Positions 18,198 through 28,736 of a stretch of DNA of 64,000 nt are shown here, piece by piece (the first letter of the stretch is position 1; each line of letters starts with the position of its first letter). Origin of the DNA: Gemmatimonadota bacterium (GTDB taxonomy: Bacteria > Latescibacterota > UBA2968). A program made the translations under genes and the position numbers. The notes beneath the pieces were generated by a model. The model was given only the letters and a program-made list of their open reading frames with translations. It was not told the DNA's origin and did no database searches. The DNA is taken from assembly GCA_026705765.1 (NCBI GenBank), contig JAPPAB010000099.1, positions 14,833-78,832 of the forward strand. The letters are read 5' to 3'.

Positions 18198-19406
18198 ATG
18201 AAAATTAAATCCGTCGAAGTCGTTCGCGTTGAACGGCCAGATACAAGCCAGGCCTCAACGGGGTCCGGTACGACGCTCGCTGCTTCAACAGGTGCAGCCC
18301 CGAGGACAAAGGGGTATCGAAAGGCGTGGCCCACGCAGATAGAGGTGGCAAATCCGATGTCCAGGTTCCCGCGGTTTAAGGCGCGTCGGCAGCTTTACGG
18401 TGCCAGACAGTGGCCCAGGTTCTCGGTTAAGGTGACCGCTGAAGATGGGACCTGGGGCCTCGGCACGTCGGCGGGACGCCCGGTTGCTATGGTGGTGGAA
18501 GATGCTTTCGCGCATATATTGGAAGGGGAGAGTTGCCTGGCTATTGAAAAGCTGTGGGATATGATGTTTCGCGTGTCCAAATCTTTTGGGACTGTGGGGA
18601 TTGCCTCGTTGGCGATTAGTGCTGTGGATCTGGCGCTGTGGGATCTGGCGGGGAAATTGCAGGGCAAGCCCGTTTATGAACTTCTGGGCGGTCCGGCGCG
18701 CGATCGTTTGTTTGTGTACGCGACGGGTGATGATGTGGATTGGTACAAGGAGTTGGGGTTTCGGGCGTTTAAGTTGCCCTGTCAATACGGTCCGGTTGAT
18801 GGGTTGTGGGGATTGGGAGAGAACGAGAGGCGAATAGCCGAGGTCCGCGAGTTGATCGGCGATGATTGCGATCTCATGCTGGATTGTTATATGGCTTTGG
18901 ATGTGGAATATACCGCGCGTTTGGCCAATCGCCTGCGTCCTTATAATCTGCGGTGGATGGAAGAGTGCCTGATTCCCGAGGATGTTGGGGGGCATATTGA
19001 ACTCAAGAAACGCCTGCCGTGGTTGACGCTTGCCAGTGGCGAGCATTTTTACACGCCGTATCCCTACCAGTTGATGATCGAAAATCGGTGTCTCGATATT
19101 CTCCAGCCCGATATTCAGTGGGTGGGGGGTTTGACTGCTTGTGTCAAAATTTGTAATATGGCTGCCGCTGCGGGGCTGGAGGTTTGTCTGCACGGCGGGG
19201 GACGCGATGCGTACGGTCAGCATTTGAGCTGGGCAATGCCCAATACCCCCTGGTGTGAGTATTTTATCGGTTCTGATCCGGGGGTACCACTTGAAGAAGT
19301 GGCGCAACCCGGCGCGTGCGTGCCGCACAATAGCTATCTGGCGTTTGCGCCGACAGGTCCGGGTTTTGATCTGGGGATTGAAGAGGATTGGTTGGTGCCG
19401 TTTTAA
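18198..19406 (+). CDS. Enolase-superfamily enzyme (mandelate racemase/muconate lactonizing enzyme family)
   Basis: MR/MLE N-terminal capping domain and TIM-barrel ligand region; start MKIKSVEV with SD GAAAAGGAAA. Confidence 0.65.
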   Translation: MKIKSVEVVRVERPDTSQASTGSGTTLAASTGAAPRTKGYRKAWPTQIEVANPMSRFPRFKARRQLYGARQWPRFSVKVTAEDGTWGLGTSAGRPVAMVVEDAFAHILEGESCLAIEKLWDMMFRVSKSFGTVGIASLAISAVDLALWDLAGKLQGKPVYELLGGPARDRLFVYATGDDVDWYKELGFRAFKLPCQYGPVDGLWGLGENERRIAEVRELIGDDCDLMLDCYMALDVEYTARLANRLRPYNLRWMEECLIPEDVGGHIELKKRLPWLTLASGEHFYTPYPYQLMIENRCLDILQPDIQWVGGLTACVKICNMAAAAGLEVCLHGGGRDAYGQHLSWAMPNTPWCEYFIGSDPGVPLEEVAQPGACVPHNSYLAFAPTGPGFDLGIEEDWLVPF

Positions 19407-19423
19407 TTTTAAAAGAGGAAAAA

Positions 19424-20257
19424 ATGGATAAGACAATTATTTCTGTGGCGGTTGTGGGGTCGGGTCCTACGAAGGATATGAATCCGGCTGTGCCTTATAC
19501 GCCAAAGGAGATTGCAGAAGCAGCTATTGAGTGCCATAAGGCGGGTGCGGCTATTACGCATATCCATGTGCGCGATCCCGAGACGGGTATTGTGTGTTCG
19601 CGGATTGAGCTTTTCAAAGAAGTGGTGGACCGGATTCGGCAAGCTTGTGATATTGCGATTAATTTGACGACGAGTGGGGGAAATATTAAAGGGGAAAATA
19701 TTATTGAGGAGCGGCTTGAGCCGGTTGCGCTGAAGCCCGAGATTTGCTCTCTGGATATCGGTTCGGTAAATTTTGGCACTCGGGTGTTTATGAATCCACC
19801 CGAATGGGGTGTTGCCGCGGCAAAGCGCATGCGCGAGCATCGCGTTAAGCCGGAGATTGAGGTTTTCGATGCCGGTCATATTCGCCAGGCGCGGTATATG
19901 ATTGCGGAGGGGTTGTTCGAAGATCCCCCGTTTGTCCAGTTGTGTATGGGCCCCGGATGGGGTATTGAAGCTACGCCTGAGAACATCGTTTTTATGAAAA
20001 ATCTCTTGCCGCCCGATGTGATCTGGTCCGCTCTGGGTGTGGGAAAAGCACAGTTGCCGATGATTACTATGGCTTTTCTCATGGGGGGGCATATACGGGT
20101 GGGTTTTGAAGATAATATTTATCTTCGGAGAGGTGTTTTGCTCAAGAGCAATGCACAGATGGTCGATCTCGCGGCGAGTCTTGTGGAGAAACTTCAGGGC
20201 GAGATTGCCACGCCAGATGATGCCCGGGAGATGCTGGGGCTTACGTATCCGGGGTGA
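19424..20257 (+). CDS. BKACE family (3-keto-5-aminohexanoate cleavage enzyme-like, DUF849)
   Basis: [45 protein letters not shown], typical of the BKACE TIM barrel. Confidence 0.65.
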   Translation: MDKTIISVAVVGSGPTKDMNPAVPYTPKEIAEAAIECHKAGAAITHIHVRDPETGIVCSRIELFKEVVDRIRQACDIAINLTTSGGNIKGENIIEERLEPVALKPEICSLDIGSVNFGTRVFMNPPEWGVAAAKRMREHRVKPEIEVFDAGHIRQARYMIAEGLFEDPPFVQLCMGPGWGIEATPENIVFMKNLLPPDVIWSALGVGKAQLPMITMAFLMGGHIRVGFEDNIYLRRGVLLKSNAQMVDLAASLVEKLQGEIATPDDAREMLGLTYPG

Positions 20258-20368
20258 GCAGGTTTCGCGGTGCGTTGCGTTTTTATCACTGCAATGGCGA
20301 TGGCACGCGCAGCGAGCGGATTTCTATGGCTATGGAAACGCGCGGTCCTCTGGTGGATGACCTGTGAA

Positions 20369-20998
20369 TTATTTGGGGAGGTCCGCGAGATGGGCAATAT
20401 CGTTGAGTGCCATGAAGGTGGGTTCGCCTCCGGGGTCGAGTTGAAGGTGATGAATGGAGGCCGTGTGGCACGCGAATTGGGGTTTGTGTTCGTCTTCGGG
20501 CGTGTATCCCATGATCGCTTGCAGGCAGGCGACAATGGGGCGAACGTGTGTGATGCACGCAATTTGCTGATCGGGCGCTTCGTCGACGAGTTGGCTCACG
20601 GTGTTGGCAACGCGGGTGTGCAGGTCGGCATAGGTTTCGCTGCCTGGAACGCGCGCCTCTTCGAGGGATTGTCCGCCCAAAAAGCCGGGATAATATTTTC
20701 GAACTTCTTCGCGGGTGAGTGTGGCGAGGTCGCCGCTTTCGAGTTCGCGCAGGTCATTTTCTACTTTGGGCGCGATATGGAGTATATCGCCTATCCATTC
20801 GGCTGTTTGATGGGCGCATTTTTGGGGGCTGGTGTAGAGGCCGCGAATGTCAAAGTCCCTTCTGAGGCGTTCGCCAGTGAGCAGGGCTTGTTGTTTGCCC
20901 CGGTGCGAGAGGGGCAGGTCGGCCCACCAGCCGTAGTGGTTTTCGCCATCGCGTTCTCTGGCCTGTCCAGGGCAGATTAGTATGAGGTCGGTTGGCAT
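20369..20998 (-). CDS. Histidine phosphatase (PGM-like) family protein with an atypical first catalytic motif
   Basis: LILICPGQ occupies the position of the canonical LxRHGE motif (RH replaced by CP). The rest of the fold is retained. Confidence 0.5.
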   Translation of the reverse strand: MPTDLILICPGQARERDGENHYGWWADLPLSHRGKQQALLTGERLRRDFDIRGLYTSPQKCAHQTAEWIGDILHIAPKVENDLRELESGDLATLTREEVRKYYPGFLGGQSLEEARVPGSETYADLHTRVANTVSQLVDEAPDQQIACITHVRPIVACLQAIMGYTPEDEHKPQFACHTASIHHLQLDPGGEPTFMALNDIAHLADLPK

Positions 20999-21026
20999 GT
21001 GTGTTCCTTATTTTTTGGGGGTATGT

Positions 21027-21581
21027 ATGAAGTCAATGGTTGCGGTGTTTTTTTTCACAATGGTCGCGTTTTCAGGTCGGGCAGATGCACAGTTGGATGT
21101 CAAGATCGGCGGGGGTGCGCTTCTCGATCCCACGCGCGGTGGCGGACATCTATCCATAGAGGTTCCCATTGGAGATCTGTATCCGACGTATTTGGCACCT
21201 TTTGTTGAGTTTTATCGGAAGGACGGTATTTCAGAAATTCCTGCGGGTGTTAGTCTGGTTTACAAAGCTCCTTTGTCCGATCAATACGGCACGGTGTTTT
21301 TTGGGGTTGCCGGCGGCGTGTTGCACGCTCGGGGTTTTCCCGTGATTGTCGATGTACTGATTGACGGAACGGTGCTTTACCTCGTAGATACAACGACCGG
21401 AGACTTTGTAAGAGAAACGTCAACCGAGGCGTTGATTGCCGTAGCAGGCGGCATGCGGTTTGATGTTTCCGAGGGCATAGGTGCATTTGTGCAGGGGCGC
21501 TGGTTTCGCGCTTTTGCGTCTGGTTCAACAAATAATTTTGGCATCCACGCAGGGCTGATGTTCTCTTTGGGTGAAAGATAG
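21027..21581 (+). CDS. Putative outer-membrane beta-barrel protein
   Basis: Signal peptide MKSMVAVFFFTMVAFSGRADA, alternating hydrophobic beta strands, C-terminal aromatic-rich end. Confidence 0.4.
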   Translation: MKSMVAVFFFTMVAFSGRADAQLDVKIGGGALLDPTRGGGHLSIEVPIGDLYPTYLAPFVEFYRKDGISEIPAGVSLVYKAPLSDQYGTVFFGVAGGVLHARGFPVIVDVLIDGTVLYLVDTTTGDFVRETSTEALIAVAGGMRFDVSEGIGAFVQGRWFRAFASGSTNNFGIHAGLMFSLGER

Positions 21582-21607
21582 TAGATGAATCCAAAGTTTA
21601 TATTCAG

Positions 21608-21634
21608 GCCGGGATTTATGTCCCGGCTTTTTTT
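21608..21634. terminator. Bidirectional rho-independent terminator
   Basis: GCCGGGA-tttatg-TCCCGGC followed by TTTTTTT, between convergent genes. Confidence 0.6.
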
Positions 21635-23129
21635 ATGTAGCCGATTGATGGCGCAGGAAATCGATCAATAATCGCACGCCAACGCCCGTGGCTCCGATGG
21701 GGGTGTCGGGTTTGGCGGAACTTGTCGATGCGGTGCCGGCGATGTCGAGGTGTGCCCAGGGAAAGTTCTGGACATAGGCTTCGAGGAATGCGGCGGCGGT
21801 GAGTGCGCCCGCGGGCCGACCGCCTGAGTTTTTGAGGTCGGCCACATTGCTTTTGATGCTGTTTCTGTGGTCATCCAGAATGGGAAGATGCCAGGCAATT
21901 TCACCGGTGCGATTGCCCGCTTCGTGGATTTGACCGATGAGGTCGTTGTCGTTGCCCATCAAGCCACTAACTTCGTTGCCAAGTGCGGTGACACATGCAC
22001 CGGTTAGCGTGGCCAGGTCGATGACTGCTTTTGGCTCATAGCGCGCGCTGTATGCGATGGCGTCGATGAGGGCGAGGCGGCCTTCGGCATCTGTGCTGTG
22101 GATTTCAACGGTTTTGGTGCCGAGGGGATGCAAGATGTCGCCGGGCCGATACGCGCGGCCATCGGGCATGTTTTCTGCGGCGGCAACCATGCCGATGACG
22201 CGGTGGGGCAGGTCGAGTTTTGCCACGGCTCGCATTGCGCCGATGACGGCTGCGGAGCCACTCATGTCAAATTTCATGTTCCACATGCCGTCGCCGCCTT
22301 TGAGGGATATGCCACCCGTGTCAAAGGTTATGCCTTTGCCAATGAAGATGATGGGCGCGGCATTGGGATCGGCACCCGGGTGTTCCAGGATGACAAAACG
22401 AGGCGGTCGGGCACTCCCCTGTCCCACGGCGCTGAGGGCGCCCATGCCCTCATTTGAGATGCGCTGTTCGTCAAATATTTCGCAGGAGAGGCCGGTTTCA
22501 CGGGCCATTTCCAAAGCCTGGTCGGCCAGTGCCGCCGGTGGCAAGTCGTTGCCGGGGGTGTTGCTCAGGTCGCGGGCGAAACACACGCTTTCGGCGATGA
22601 TTTGTCCGGTATTCGCGCCTTTTTCCACATCGGTTTGTTTGGTTGTGTCAAATTCGACGAGGGTAAATGTGTCGAGGTGTTTGGGATTGTCATTATTTGT
22701 TTTGTAATTGGTGAATTTGTAGTTGCCGAGAATGGCGCCTTCAACGGTGGCCTGTGCGGCGTCTGAGACATCGAGACCGCCTATGCCGCCGCCGTGGATG
22801 ATGGAGGCGAGGGTTTTTGCGCCGAGTTTGATGGCTTCTCTGGTCGCAGATGCAGATGCGAGGCGCACACGATTGGGGGTGAAGTCTTCTCGTTTGCCCA
22901 GGCCAACGAGAATGAGGCGCGCTATGCCTCGACGGGGATAGAGTACGGCGGTCTGGTTGCGTTTGCCGCTGAAGTCGCCGCCTGCGATGAGGTCGGAAAT
23001 AAGCCCGTCCAGTGCGCGATTGGCGGCACCTGTTGCGCCGCCCGGCTCTGTGACGCCTTCAAAGAGGTTGAGCACGATGGCGTCTGTCGTACTTTCGAGG
23101 ATGTTGCCGATGGTGGTGGAGATGTTCAT
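21633..23129 (-). CDS. pepA: Leucyl aminopeptidase (M17 family)
   Basis: NTDAEGRL signature within HSTDAEGRLALIDAIAY; 498 aa. Confidence 0.85.
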   Translation of the reverse strand: MNISTTIGNILESTTDAIVLNLFEGVTEPGGATGAANRALDGLISDLIAGGDFSGKRNQTAVLYPRRGIARLILVGLGKREDFTPNRVRLASASATREAIKLGAKTLASIIHGGGIGGLDVSDAAQATVEGAILGNYKFTNYKTNNDNPKHLDTFTLVEFDTTKQTDVEKGANTGQIIAESVCFARDLSNTPGNDLPPAALADQALEMARETGLSCEIFDEQRISNEGMGALSAVGQGSARPPRFVILEHPGADPNAAPIIFIGKGITFDTGGISLKGGDGMWNMKFDMSGSAAVIGAMRAVAKLDLPHRVIGMVAAAENMPDGRAYRPGDILHPLGTKTVEIHSTDAEGRLALIDAIAYSARYEPKAVIDLATLTGACVTALGNEVSGLMGNDNDLIGQIHEAGNRTGEIAWHLPILDDHRNSIKSNVADLKNSGGRPAGALTAAAFLEAYVQNFPWAHLDIAGTASTSSAKPDTPIGATGVGVRLLIDFLRHQSAT

Positions 23130-23142
23130 GTGAGCATTGGTC

Positions 23143-23760
23143 CTATATGAGAAATGGGTTGATGCGTTTTTCGCGGTCTATGGTTGTGTCTGGCCCATGT
23201 CCGGGGTGGAGTATTGTGTCGTCGGGGAGGGTGAGGATTTTGGTGTGGATGGCGTCCATGAGCGTTTGCAGGTCTGCGCCTTCGAGGTCGGTTCGGCCAA
23301 TAGAGCCGGCGAATACAGTGTCGCCGACAATGGCGTGGCCCGGCCATGTGAGGGCGATGTTGCCGGGCGCGTGACCCGGTACATGGAGGATGGTCAGGGT
23401 TTCGCAGCCAAAGACTATGGTGTCGCCTTCATCGATAAAGCGGTCGATTTTGGGCGGTGGATCGGTTTGAAGGCCCAGGGGTGCGACAATGTCTGTAAGT
23501 GCCTCGACCATGAATACATCGGCTTTGTGGATGGCGAATGGTGCGCCTGTTTTTTCTTTTAGAGATGCGACGCGTCCTATGTGGTCAAAATGTCCGTGTG
23601 TGGCAATTATTTCGACGATCTCGATGTCGTGATCTTCGATGAGTTGAAGTATGGTGTCGGTATCGTCTCCGGGATCTATGACAATGCCTTTGCGCGTTTT
23701 TTCGCAGGCGAGGATGTAACAATTGACTTCGAGCGGACCGACGATGGTGGATATAAAGAT
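23143..23760 (-). CDS. MBL-fold metallo-hydrolase (glyoxalase II-like)
   Basis: THGHFDHIG metal-binding motif. Probable GTG start at 23760 with SD AGGA; the longer ORF to 23907 is likely an artefact. Confidence 0.7.
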   Translation of the reverse strand: MFISTIVGPLEVNCYILACEKTRKGIVIDPGDDTDTILQLIEDHDIEIVEIIATHGHFDHIGRVASLKEKTGAPFAIHKADVFMVEALTDIVAPLGLQTDPPPKIDRFIDEGDTIVFGCETLTILHVPGHAPGNIALTWPGHAIVGDTVFAGSIGRTDLEGADLQTLMDAIHTKILTLPDDTILHPGHGPDTTIDREKRINPFLI

Positions 23761-24827
23761 CACGATGATTCCTGTGCGATTTTTACTTCTTCGCCCGTTT
23801 CCTGGCTGCGATAGATGCCGTCGAGGATTGCCATGACTTGCAGCGATTGCTCGGCGGGTACGGGTGATGGCTTGCCTTCGGCGACGGCCCGGGCAAATTC
23901 GACGCATTCCTGGGCGTGGGGTTCGAGCAGGTCGCGGGTATTTTGCAGGGTGCGGTTGTAGTGTTGTTGTATGTCGTTGTTGGTTTGATAGATTTCACAA
24001 CTGGGCCAGTGGCTGCCTCCTCTGGTGCCGTAGAGCCACATTTGCATGTCTTCGCCCTGCGTTTTGTGGTGGAGCAGCCAGCTGACTTCGAGCACGAGGG
24101 TTGCCCCATTTTCAAAGCGCACAAATGCCGCGGCGAAGTCTTCGACATCAAACTGCGCCGATGGGATGAGTCCCCAATTGCTGAAGGCACCTTTCTGGTG
24201 GGCGATTTCTGCACGGGCGACACCGGTGACGGATACGGGGTTGGGGTTGTTCATGAACCAGAGTGTGAGATCGAGGATGTGAACGCCGATGTCGATACAG
24301 GGGCCGCCACCGCTGTGTTGTTTTTGTATAAAGCCGGGTGTGTTTGGTGCCCCTGAGCGGCGGAGCATCCAGCTTCGCGCGTGGTATATGTCTCCGAGTA
24401 TGCCTGTGTCGAGTTCGGCTCGCATGGCTTTTGATTTGCCCGAGAAACGAAAATGCTGCGCTGTCATCAGGGTTTTGCCAGATTTGTCGCGTGCGGCAAT
24501 CATGTTTTTGATGAGTGCCGGGTTGGGGGCGAGTGGTTTTTCGCAGATGACGTGTTTGCCCGCTTCAAGCGCGGCAATGGCCAGTGGGGCGTGATAGTTG
24601 TTGGGGGTGCAGATGTCGATGATGTCGATATCGGGATTTTTGAACAGGTCTTCCGGATCTGTGGATAGGATGGATATGTTGTTATTTTTGCCCCAATGGT
24701 TCAGTACGTCTGCATTGATATCGCTGCCGGCTATCAGGTCGGCATGTTCGGAAGCGGCCCATCCAGGCATGTGGGTGCGCGCGATGCCGCCAACGCCGAT
24801 GATGCCGACTTTGAGTTTGTCTGCCAT
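23760..24827 (-). CDS. Gfo/Idh/MocA family oxidoreductase
   Basis: N-terminal GIIGVGGIARTH Rossmann motif. Start ATG at 24827 with SD AAGGAG. Confidence 0.75.
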   Translation of the reverse strand: MADKLKVGIIGVGGIARTHMPGWAASEHADLIAGSDINADVLNHWGKNNNISILSTDPEDLFKNPDIDIIDICTPNNYHAPLAIAALEAGKHVICEKPLAPNPALIKNMIAARDKSGKTLMTAQHFRFSGKSKAMRAELDTGILGDIYHARSWMLRRSGAPNTPGFIQKQHSGGGPCIDIGVHILDLTLWFMNNPNPVSVTGVARAEIAHQKGAFSNWGLIPSAQFDVEDFAAAFVRFENGATLVLEVSWLLHHKTQGEDMQMWLYGTRGGSHWPSCEIYQTNNDIQQHYNRTLQNTRDLLEPHAQECVEFARAVAEGKPSPVPAEQSLQVMAILDGIYRSQETGEEVKIAQESS

Positions 24828-25079
24828 GATGCTCCTTTCTGGTTTCAGTTGGAATCTCTTATTGAGGGCAAAAGATAATATCACAGCGCATTGAGGGAAA
24901 GTTTTTTTTAGGATAAAAATGACATTTACCCTTGACGCATATACAAATGTTCACTATATTTATAGCGAGTGGAAGATGGAATATAATATTCTGTAAAAAT
25001 TGAGTTTAGGAAAGTTTTTGTGATTATATACGACGATTTATGTCGGTATATTCACCTAACTTAGATAGGAGATGTTCCC

Positions 25080-25409
25080 ATGAGACGCATTGTTCCCATG
25101 TTGGGTATCGATTCAGGATCAAAGAAGTTACAACGGGCTACTTCCCGGTCCCGTTTTATCCCTCAGTTTCGTCGGGAAGTCTGCGAGGTGATTAATCGCG
25201 TTCGCGCCGCTTATGGTCCCGTTCCCATGAAGACTGTGGCCGATTACCCCGAGGTCAAGGCCGCAGAAGCGACGATTGAACAGGCCGCGCGATTGGTGTG
25301 TAGCGGGCTTGAAAATGTCAAAGTGTGGCGCGGTGCGCTGGTGGTCTATGAGTTGACCTGGATGTCTGCACTGAAAAAGGTGCGTCCGTCGGATAAGTCA
25401 GCTGCTTAA
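25080..25409 (+). CDS. Hypothetical protein
   Basis: 109-aa ORF followed by a strong terminator; no recognisable domain. Confidence 0.35.
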   Translation: MRRIVPMLGIDSGSKKLQRATSRSRFIPQFRREVCEVINRVRAAYGPVPMKTVADYPEVKAAEATIEQAARLVCSGLENVKVWRGALVVYELTWMSALKKVRPSDKSAA

Positions 25410-25430
25410 GTGTATTTTTTAACTCAAAAA

Positions 25431-25466
25431 GGCCGAGATTCTCTGTGGATCTCGGCTTTTTTTTTG
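25431..25466 (+). terminator. Rho-independent terminator
   Basis: GCCGAGAT-tctctgtgg-ATCTCGGC followed by nine T residues. Confidence 0.65.
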
Positions 25467-25549
25467 TCATTGACGGGATTGGACAATTTCAGGAACTTTT
25501 GGCGCCTTGTGATATATAACTATCAATTGCTACAACGGAGAAATGATGT

Positions 25550-26953
25550 ATGCAAAGATGGATTTGGATACTGATTGCGGGATTTATGGTTTTGCAGGTT
25601 GAGGCAAAAATCGATCCCGAATCTCAGGCGACGATCGCGCAAATGGAGAAGTTCAGCGAGGCTTTTGCCGCGGTGGCTTCCGAGGTCAATCCAGGTGTGG
25701 TCGCGGTGATTAAGAAAAGAGATGTGCTGGTTGGGGTGCGAAGATCAACGGGCGATCCGTTTTTCGATCGTTTTTTTGGCGGTGGTCTGCAGTATCGGAG
25801 AGAACAGCGGCAGCAGAGTTTGGGTTCGGGGGTTATTGTTTCTCGAGATGGCTATGTTTTGACCAATAATCACGTTATTGCAGAGGCCGATGCTATTGAA
25901 GTGGAACTCGGCGATGGCAGGACATTTGGCGCAACGCTGGTGGGTACAGATCCACAGAGCGATGTCGCGGTGTTGAAAATTGATGGGCGCGATTTGCCCG
26001 CGCTGAAGATGGGCGATTCGGATAAGTTGAAGGTCGGTGTCTGGGTGCTGGCGATCGGCAATCCGTACGGTTTGCGACATACGGTGACGTACGGTATTGT
26101 GAGCGCGATTGGACGGGGCAATTTAGATATTGTGGATTACGAAGATTTTATTCAGACAGATGCGGCGATTAACCCGGGTAATAGCGGTGGGGCAATGGTG
26201 AATTTGCGCGGGGAACTGGTGGGCCTGAATACGGCAATTTTGTCGCGCAGTGGGGGCAGTCAGGGCATTGGGTTGGCTGTGCCAATTAATATGGCGCGCA
26301 ATATTATGCAGCAGATTATAGAAGATGGAGAGGTAAAACGCGGGTATCTGGATGTGGTGGTTCAAGATTTGACGCCGGAGCTTTCCGAACCATTGGGATT
26401 GTCTGTGAATCGGGGTGCGTTGATTCAGGAGGTGGGGGAATTTGCCGAGCAGACGGGTTTGCAGCCGGGCGATGTGATTGTGGGGTTAAACGACCGGGAA
26501 ATTTCCAGTGCAGATGAGTTTTTGACGCGTATTGCGCGAACCCCTCCGGGCGCACAGGTGATCATTGAAGTGGTCCGAAGTGGGGTAAATAAAAAGTTGC
26601 GCGTAACGGTGGATGCGTTCGATCCTTTTCGCGGTCTGAAAGAGATCGAGCGACAACGCGTCCTGGGGCTGAATGTTCAGGAGATGACGCCCACAATTGC
26701 CCGTCAGTTTGGCTATAATGCACAATGGGGCATGCTTATTACCGATGTGAGAGGGGGAAGCGCGGCCGATGCGGCGGGTTTGCAGCGGGGAGATGTGATT
26801 CGCGAGATGAATCGCAAAGCCATGCGTTCGATGGAAGATTATGAAGATGTATTGGCGGAGTTGAAACCCGGTGACGAAGTCGGCATAATCATTCGCAGAG
26901 AGACCCGCCGGCAATATGCCAATTTTTACGCCGTGCTCAAGGTGCCGAAGTAG
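25550..26953 (+). CDS. htrA: Do/HtrA family serine endopeptidase with two PDZ domains
   Basis: Trypsin-like catalytic motifs including GNSGGAMVN; signal peptide; two PDZ-like C-terminal regions. Confidence 0.8.
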   Translation: MQRWIWILIAGFMVLQVEAKIDPESQATIAQMEKFSEAFAAVASEVNPGVVAVIKKRDVLVGVRRSTGDPFFDRFFGGGLQYRREQRQQSLGSGVIVSRDGYVLTNNHVIAEADAIEVELGDGRTFGATLVGTDPQSDVAVLKIDGRDLPALKMGDSDKLKVGVWVLAIGNPYGLRHTVTYGIVSAIGRGNLDIVDYEDFIQTDAAINPGNSGGAMVNLRGELVGLNTAILSRSGGSQGIGLAVPINMARNIMQQIIEDGEVKRGYLDVVVQDLTPELSEPLGLSVNRGALIQEVGEFAEQTGLQPGDVIVGLNDREISSADEFLTRIARTPPGAQVIIEVVRSGVNKKLRVTVDAFDPFRGLKEIERQRVLGLNVQEMTPTIARQFGYNAQWGMLITDVRGGSAADAAGLQRGDVIREMNRKAMRSMEDYEDVLAELKPGDEVGIIIRRETRRQYANFYAVLKVPK

Positions 26954-27074
26954 AAGTGAAATGCAACCACAGATGAACACCGATAAACACCGATAAACAG
27001 TAAGATACAAGAAGTGTGAAGTGATAGTACCCGTCATCGCGGCATGGTGTTGAGCCGCGATCCAGTGGTTTTAT

Positions 27075-28484
27075 TTAATCCACATCCTTCTCATACCGCT
27101 CGTCTTCTACTTTTGCCTGAAGGCGGTAGAGTTCGTCTTTGAGTTCGCGCACGATATCGGCGTATTCGGGGTCATCGTACACGCTGTTGAGTTCATAAGG
27201 GTCTTTTTCGAGGTCGAAGAGTTCCCATTCGGGTTCTTTGGTGTCTTCGATTGATCCTTTTTGTTTGAGGCCATCGGCGTAGTAATAGATGAGTTTGTAC
27301 TGGTGGGTTCGCACGCCGTAATGGGCGTAAACATGATGGTGCGTCAGGTGCATCCAGTAGCGATAATACATCGATGTTTGCCATCCTTCAGGTGTTTCGC
27401 CGTTGAGCAAGGGGCGAATGCTCGATCCCTGGAAGGTTTCGGGGATGTCAATGCCCGCGTAGTCGAGGAAGGTGGGGGCAAAGTCGGTGTTGAGAATCAT
27501 GTCGGTGTTGATACTGCCGGGTTTGATTTCTTTGGGATAGCGAATGATGAAGGGCATGCGCAGGGATTCTTCGTACATGAAGCGCTTGTCATACCAGCCG
27601 TGATCGCCCAGGAAAAAGCCCTGGTCAGATGTGTAAATGACGATGGTGTTGTCGGTGAGGCCTTCTGCGTCGAGATAGTCGAGCATGCGCCCGACGTTGT
27701 CGTCGATGGAGGCCACACAGCGCAGGTAGTCTTTGATGTAGCGCTGGTATTTCCATTTTTTATCTTCTTCTGGTGAGAGACCCTCGGGGGGTAGTCCCTT
27801 GAGGTCATTTTTGTTCATGTCTCGGTCAACGCGCATTTGGGCGGCTTCGGCAGCGCTGGCGCGGTTGCTGTAGTCGTCCCAGAAGGTTTCGGGTTCAGGT
27901 ATGTCTTCGTTTTCATACATGTGGGCGTGTTTTTCGTCGGGTTCCCAGGCGCGGTGGGGCGCTTTGTGGTGGTACATGAGCATGAAGGGACGATTTGTGT
28001 CCCGCGCTTTGAGCCAGTCGAGGCATAAGTCTGTGATGATGTCGGTGACATAGCCTTGATAAACTTTTTCTTCACCCATTTCTATCATTTCGGGGTTGTG
28101 GTATAATCCCTGCCCGGGCAGGACATTCCAGTAGTCAAAGCCGGTGGGGTCGTGGATGCCGCCGTGTCCAAGATGCCATTTGCCGATCATGGCGGTTTGA
28201 TATCCCGCCTGTTGGAATAATTTGGGAAATGTGAGTTGCCTGCCATCGAGATGGGTCGATAGGGTGGTTACGCCGTTGATGTGGTTGTATGTGCCGGTGA
28301 GGATTACGGCTCTGCTGGGGGCGCAGATTGAGTTGGTGCAAAAGCAGTTGTCAAAGCGCATGCCTTCATTTGCTATGCGGTCGAGGTTGGGGGTCTGGTT
28401 GATGCGGCTGTTGTAACAACTCATGGCATGCGATGCGTGATCGTCGGACATGATAAAGAGGATGTTGGGACGGTCTGTAGGCAA
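27075..28484 (-). CDS. Sulfatase (formylglycine-dependent)
   Basis: [11 protein letters not shown] CxPxR formylglycine motif; 469 aa. Confidence 0.8.
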   Translation of the reverse strand: MPTDRPNILFIMSDDHASHAMSCYNSRINQTPNLDRIANEGMRFDNCFCTNSICAPSRAVILTGTYNHINGVTTLSTHLDGRQLTFPKLFQQAGYQTAMIGKWHLGHGGIHDPTGFDYWNVLPGQGLYHNPEMIEMGEEKVYQGYVTDIITDLCLDWLKARDTNRPFMLMYHHKAPHRAWEPDEKHAHMYENEDIPEPETFWDDYSNRASAAEAAQMRVDRDMNKNDLKGLPPEGLSPEEDKKWKYQRYIKDYLRCVASIDDNVGRMLDYLDAEGLTDNTIVIYTSDQGFFLGDHGWYDKRFMYEESLRMPFIIRYPKEIKPGSINTDMILNTDFAPTFLDYAGIDIPETFQGSSIRPLLNGETPEGWQTSMYYRYWMHLTHHHVYAHYGVRTHQYKLIYYYADGLKQKGSIEDTKEPEWELFDLEKDPYELNSVYDDPEYADIVRELKDELYRLQAKVEDERYEKDVD

Positions 28485-28736
28485 GAGAGACTCCTTTTGA
28501 AGTGTGAAGTTAGAAGTGTGAAGTAGGGAACGGTGTGCAACTGGTAGCGGTCAAAGTTCTGTGAATCCGATTTGTAGGGGCGACCCCCTGTGGTCGCCCG
28601 CCGCATAAAATATGACATTGCATGTGGGATATCAAGTGGGACGAATGGCGGGCACAGGCGTTTATTCTTTGTGGGGGGTGCAATGAGTGGTATTATATAT
28701 GGATGTTGCGATGTGAACTATGAAGGAGTGAAGTAA

